This document shows positions 61,185 through 64,000 of a DNA stretch of 64,000 nt, one piece after another. Numbering within the stretch: position 1 is the first letter of the stretch; each line of letters begins with the position of its first letter. The stretch lies in contig CM102287.1 of NCBI GenBank assembly GCA_046563655.1, positions 6,572,001 to 6,636,000 of the forward strand. Direction: 5' to 3'. Made by a program: the position numbers and the translations under genes. This stretch comes from Yuukianura sp. NJ FZ-2021 (lineage: Eukaryota). The notes below the pieces were generated by a model. It ran no database searches. It saw nothing but the letters and a program-made list of their open reading frames with translations, and was not told where the DNA came from.

Positions 61185-63449
61185 ATGGCTGCAACACGAG
61201 CAACAAAGTCGGGATTTGCCGCCGAAGCACATCGGAAGGTAATAAACTTAAAATTTAATAGTTCAAATCAACTAAAATTCCAAAATTAGCCTGGACGTTG
61301 AAGTCCAAAAGTCATCGACTAATTCCATCCAGTCTGATAAATACTTATCTAATGACAAATTGACAACTCGCTTCCTGATTTCTAGGGCTTGTCTTGATAT
61401 TTCATGTCAACTCAAAATTATGTCGATCGAATCCGGTTGCAAGGTCACATTATAGGATTAACACTGTAGAAATTCTCGGTTTTCTTAGGCCATGGTTTAC
61501 GTCAGGCTAATTATCATCATCGGTAGGGGGCGTTTCGTTAATTTTATAGCCAATTTGCAAGCGTGTCATTCACAGCTATGTCTTACCAAGCCTTGAGCAT
61601 AGAATTGGTTTTGTCCAAATATGGTCATCCCCATCCCATGACATGAGCATTTTCTAAAGGCCAAAACTGTGACATTTCGAATGTAACGAAAAGGAATTTA
61701 CTGCATGCAGGGGATGAAGGGGAATATAGGTCAAAGGAACTTTTGTCAACTACAAAGAAAGTTAGCGAAGTACTTGAACCTTGAGTACTAACATAAGATG
61801 GTCGTTGAATTTGACAAGGTCCAATCAATACTTCAATGTCATTGACAGAATGCAATTAAGCACATTCAAGCAATTGTTAGTTAGCACAATGCTGTGTTAT
61901 ACGCCTGCTTCGATTATGGAACCAAAGAGTATAGCCTATTCCATTTGTGTGTCATTTGTAACAACTATTTTTAAATTTTCCACTTAAATTAACCGTAGTA
62001 TGGTAACTTAAATTGAGATGCGAAACAGTTCTTGTTGTAGCAGCATAATTTTTAACCTAAAACATTTGTCACAGGAAAAGAACTTTGCGGTTTTCCTCCT
62101 ATTTTCAATTCCTCTTCAGCGTTTTGTGCATTTAATGCATGTACGAATCTTCTCAGCTTCAGCCCCTAAACACTGTTTTCATTTGGCGTGCCCCCTTAAA
62201 CGACTCTATCAGCCTAAATGTCATGAGGTCACTCTTAAATGTCTTCGTAGAATTTAAAACCTTCAAACTTAAAGATCCAGACCACGCATAACTTTATTCA
62301 ATGTGCAAACACAGTCTTTGATGCTTGATTTTCGATGTGAGTCAGAAGTCCAGGGACGAATTTATAGGAATCCTATTTGGTCATTACATCATCAGTAAAG
62401 ATGAAGATGACCTCATGCCAAAGAGGGCTAAAGTGAGTAGGGGTTAGAATGATGACAGCTAGACTCTGATATTTGATTTCAACCAATCTTCCTAAATGCA
62501 ATGCATTTAAATGTATGTGCGTTTGTAAATGTGTAAACAATTTGATCACAAACATTAGCTGGGAAGGCCCCGTGATTTATGTGATTGGTGGAGTGACAAC
62601 TCGGCCTTGGCTGGAGGAAAAGGTTGCATTCGCAAAGAAATCATGATTCACTTACTACCGTAGTCATGTTCATGATTTTGGATTTTTGAAATTTTTGAAA
62701 AACAATGTTCAATTTTGATTGTTTTTTAGATTATGAGCAAGTACAATGAGGAACATGCTCATGAAGTTCTGGATTGGATCAAAGTCGTGACAGCGGAGGA
62801 CATCAACACCTCTGGAGACGCAGACAACTTTTACGAAGTCCTCAAGGACGGAACTCTCCTCTGCAAGTAATAAAATCAATTCTACTTAATTTGGAAATAC
62901 AAAATTATGATTTGATTTTGAAATTGAGTTTTTTGACAAAATTTATTCACGTGTGTTGAATTTCAAATTTTCAGATTGGTGAACAAGCTCCAGCCAGACG
63001 TCGTCAAGAAGTTCAACCAGTCCACAATGGCGTTCAAATGTATGGAAAACATCAACCATTTCCTAGCCGCTGCGACGACGCTTGGTGTCCCCTCTCAGGA
63101 ACAGTTCCAGACTGTGGACTTGTGGGAGAAGCAGAATCTGAACTCCGTCGTCGTTTGCCTGCAGTCACTCGGCAGAAAGTCAGACAAATTCGGAAAGCCA
63201 AGCATTGGGCCCAAAGAAGCTGCCAAAAATGTCCGACATTTTTCTGAAGAGACGCTCAAGGCCGGTGAAACCGTAATTGGCCTGCAGAGCGGCTCAAACA
63301 AGGTAAGCAACTTCAAAAACACAAGGACTTTGCAAATATTTACTTCCAAAGAATCTTGTTGATTGTTGTGCTTATGAATTTACGTTTGAATTTTGTCATA
63401 GGGTGCGACTCAATCCGGAATCAACTTTGGAAACACCCGACACATGTAA
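61185..63449 (+). CDS. Myophilin / Mp20 / calponin-transgelin family protein (188 aa). Exons 61185-61238, 62730-62866, 62975-63302, 63402-63449
   Basis: RATKSGFAAEAHRK, CH-domain motifs (LKDGTLLCKL, FKCMENI, FQTVDLWE) and the calponin repeat IGLQSGSNKGATQSGINFGNTRHM. The spliced CDS is 567 nt in frame. Confidence 0.95.
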
Positions 63450-64000
63450 AACGCCTCCACTTCCATTGACGAAACCAGACAACGAGCAATATCGCCAAAG
63501 AAAAACTTCCAACTTTGCAGAGAGTTTATTACAAGAATTTATTACAAATAATAACAATTCATTTGAATTCAATTGTTTCAAAATTTTGAAGATTAAAGAC
63601 CACTTGAAAGCTTCCTGTCCATAACAAGCAATGCAAAATTTGGTGAAAATAAAGAGAGTAAAGATCAGGTACTTTAGTATACTGGTTTGGTATAATACTA
63701 ATGGAATCCGCCATTGTCTTGACACTGACAAGCATCGAAGGGCCCACCGGACACTGGAGCCCAATTTGAAGTCAAAGCATCTCTGCCGGACACTGACATG
63801 GAAGTGCCCCAGGCTCCGCCACCTTTAAACCAGAACAAGAAGTTATCCATTTCAAATTGTGAAAAGATTTTAGCAAAGTCATGTCAGAGACATTTTCTGG
63901 TCTCTCGGCCATTTTTCGTGTTTGATCACTCTGACCTACGTCGATTTTGACATTCATCGTCACCTTAACCTAAAAATTTCATGAATTCGCGCCAATGCTT

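Overview
AT-rich, intron-rich eukaryotic DNA. It is arthropod-like, and the gene families resemble those of springtails/Collembola, though that is only an inference. I built spliced gene models by hand and checked exon phases. In order: 5' part of a class-1-like semaphorin (-); a gustatory-receptor-like 7TM gene (-); an FMRFamide-receptor-like GPCR (+); secernin (-); a CIDE-N/Drep protein (+); a divergent PKA catalytic subunit (+); an SDR16C-like dehydrogenase (-); a CYP pseudogene; VPS13D (-, apparently missing its C-terminus); a YwrD-type gamma-glutamyltranspeptidase (+); an orphan gene with three PPPGF motifs (+); and myophilin/calponin-like (+). Secernin intron 1 holds a complete two-gene PIF/Harbinger transposon, which itself carries a nested pogo element inside a transposase intron. 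There are also three DINE-1/HINE-like elements and two MITEs. The most unusual signal is an apparent U2-type AT-AC intron (ATAAGT...TTAC) in the GGT gene. No CRISPR, rRNA or tRNA was recognised.
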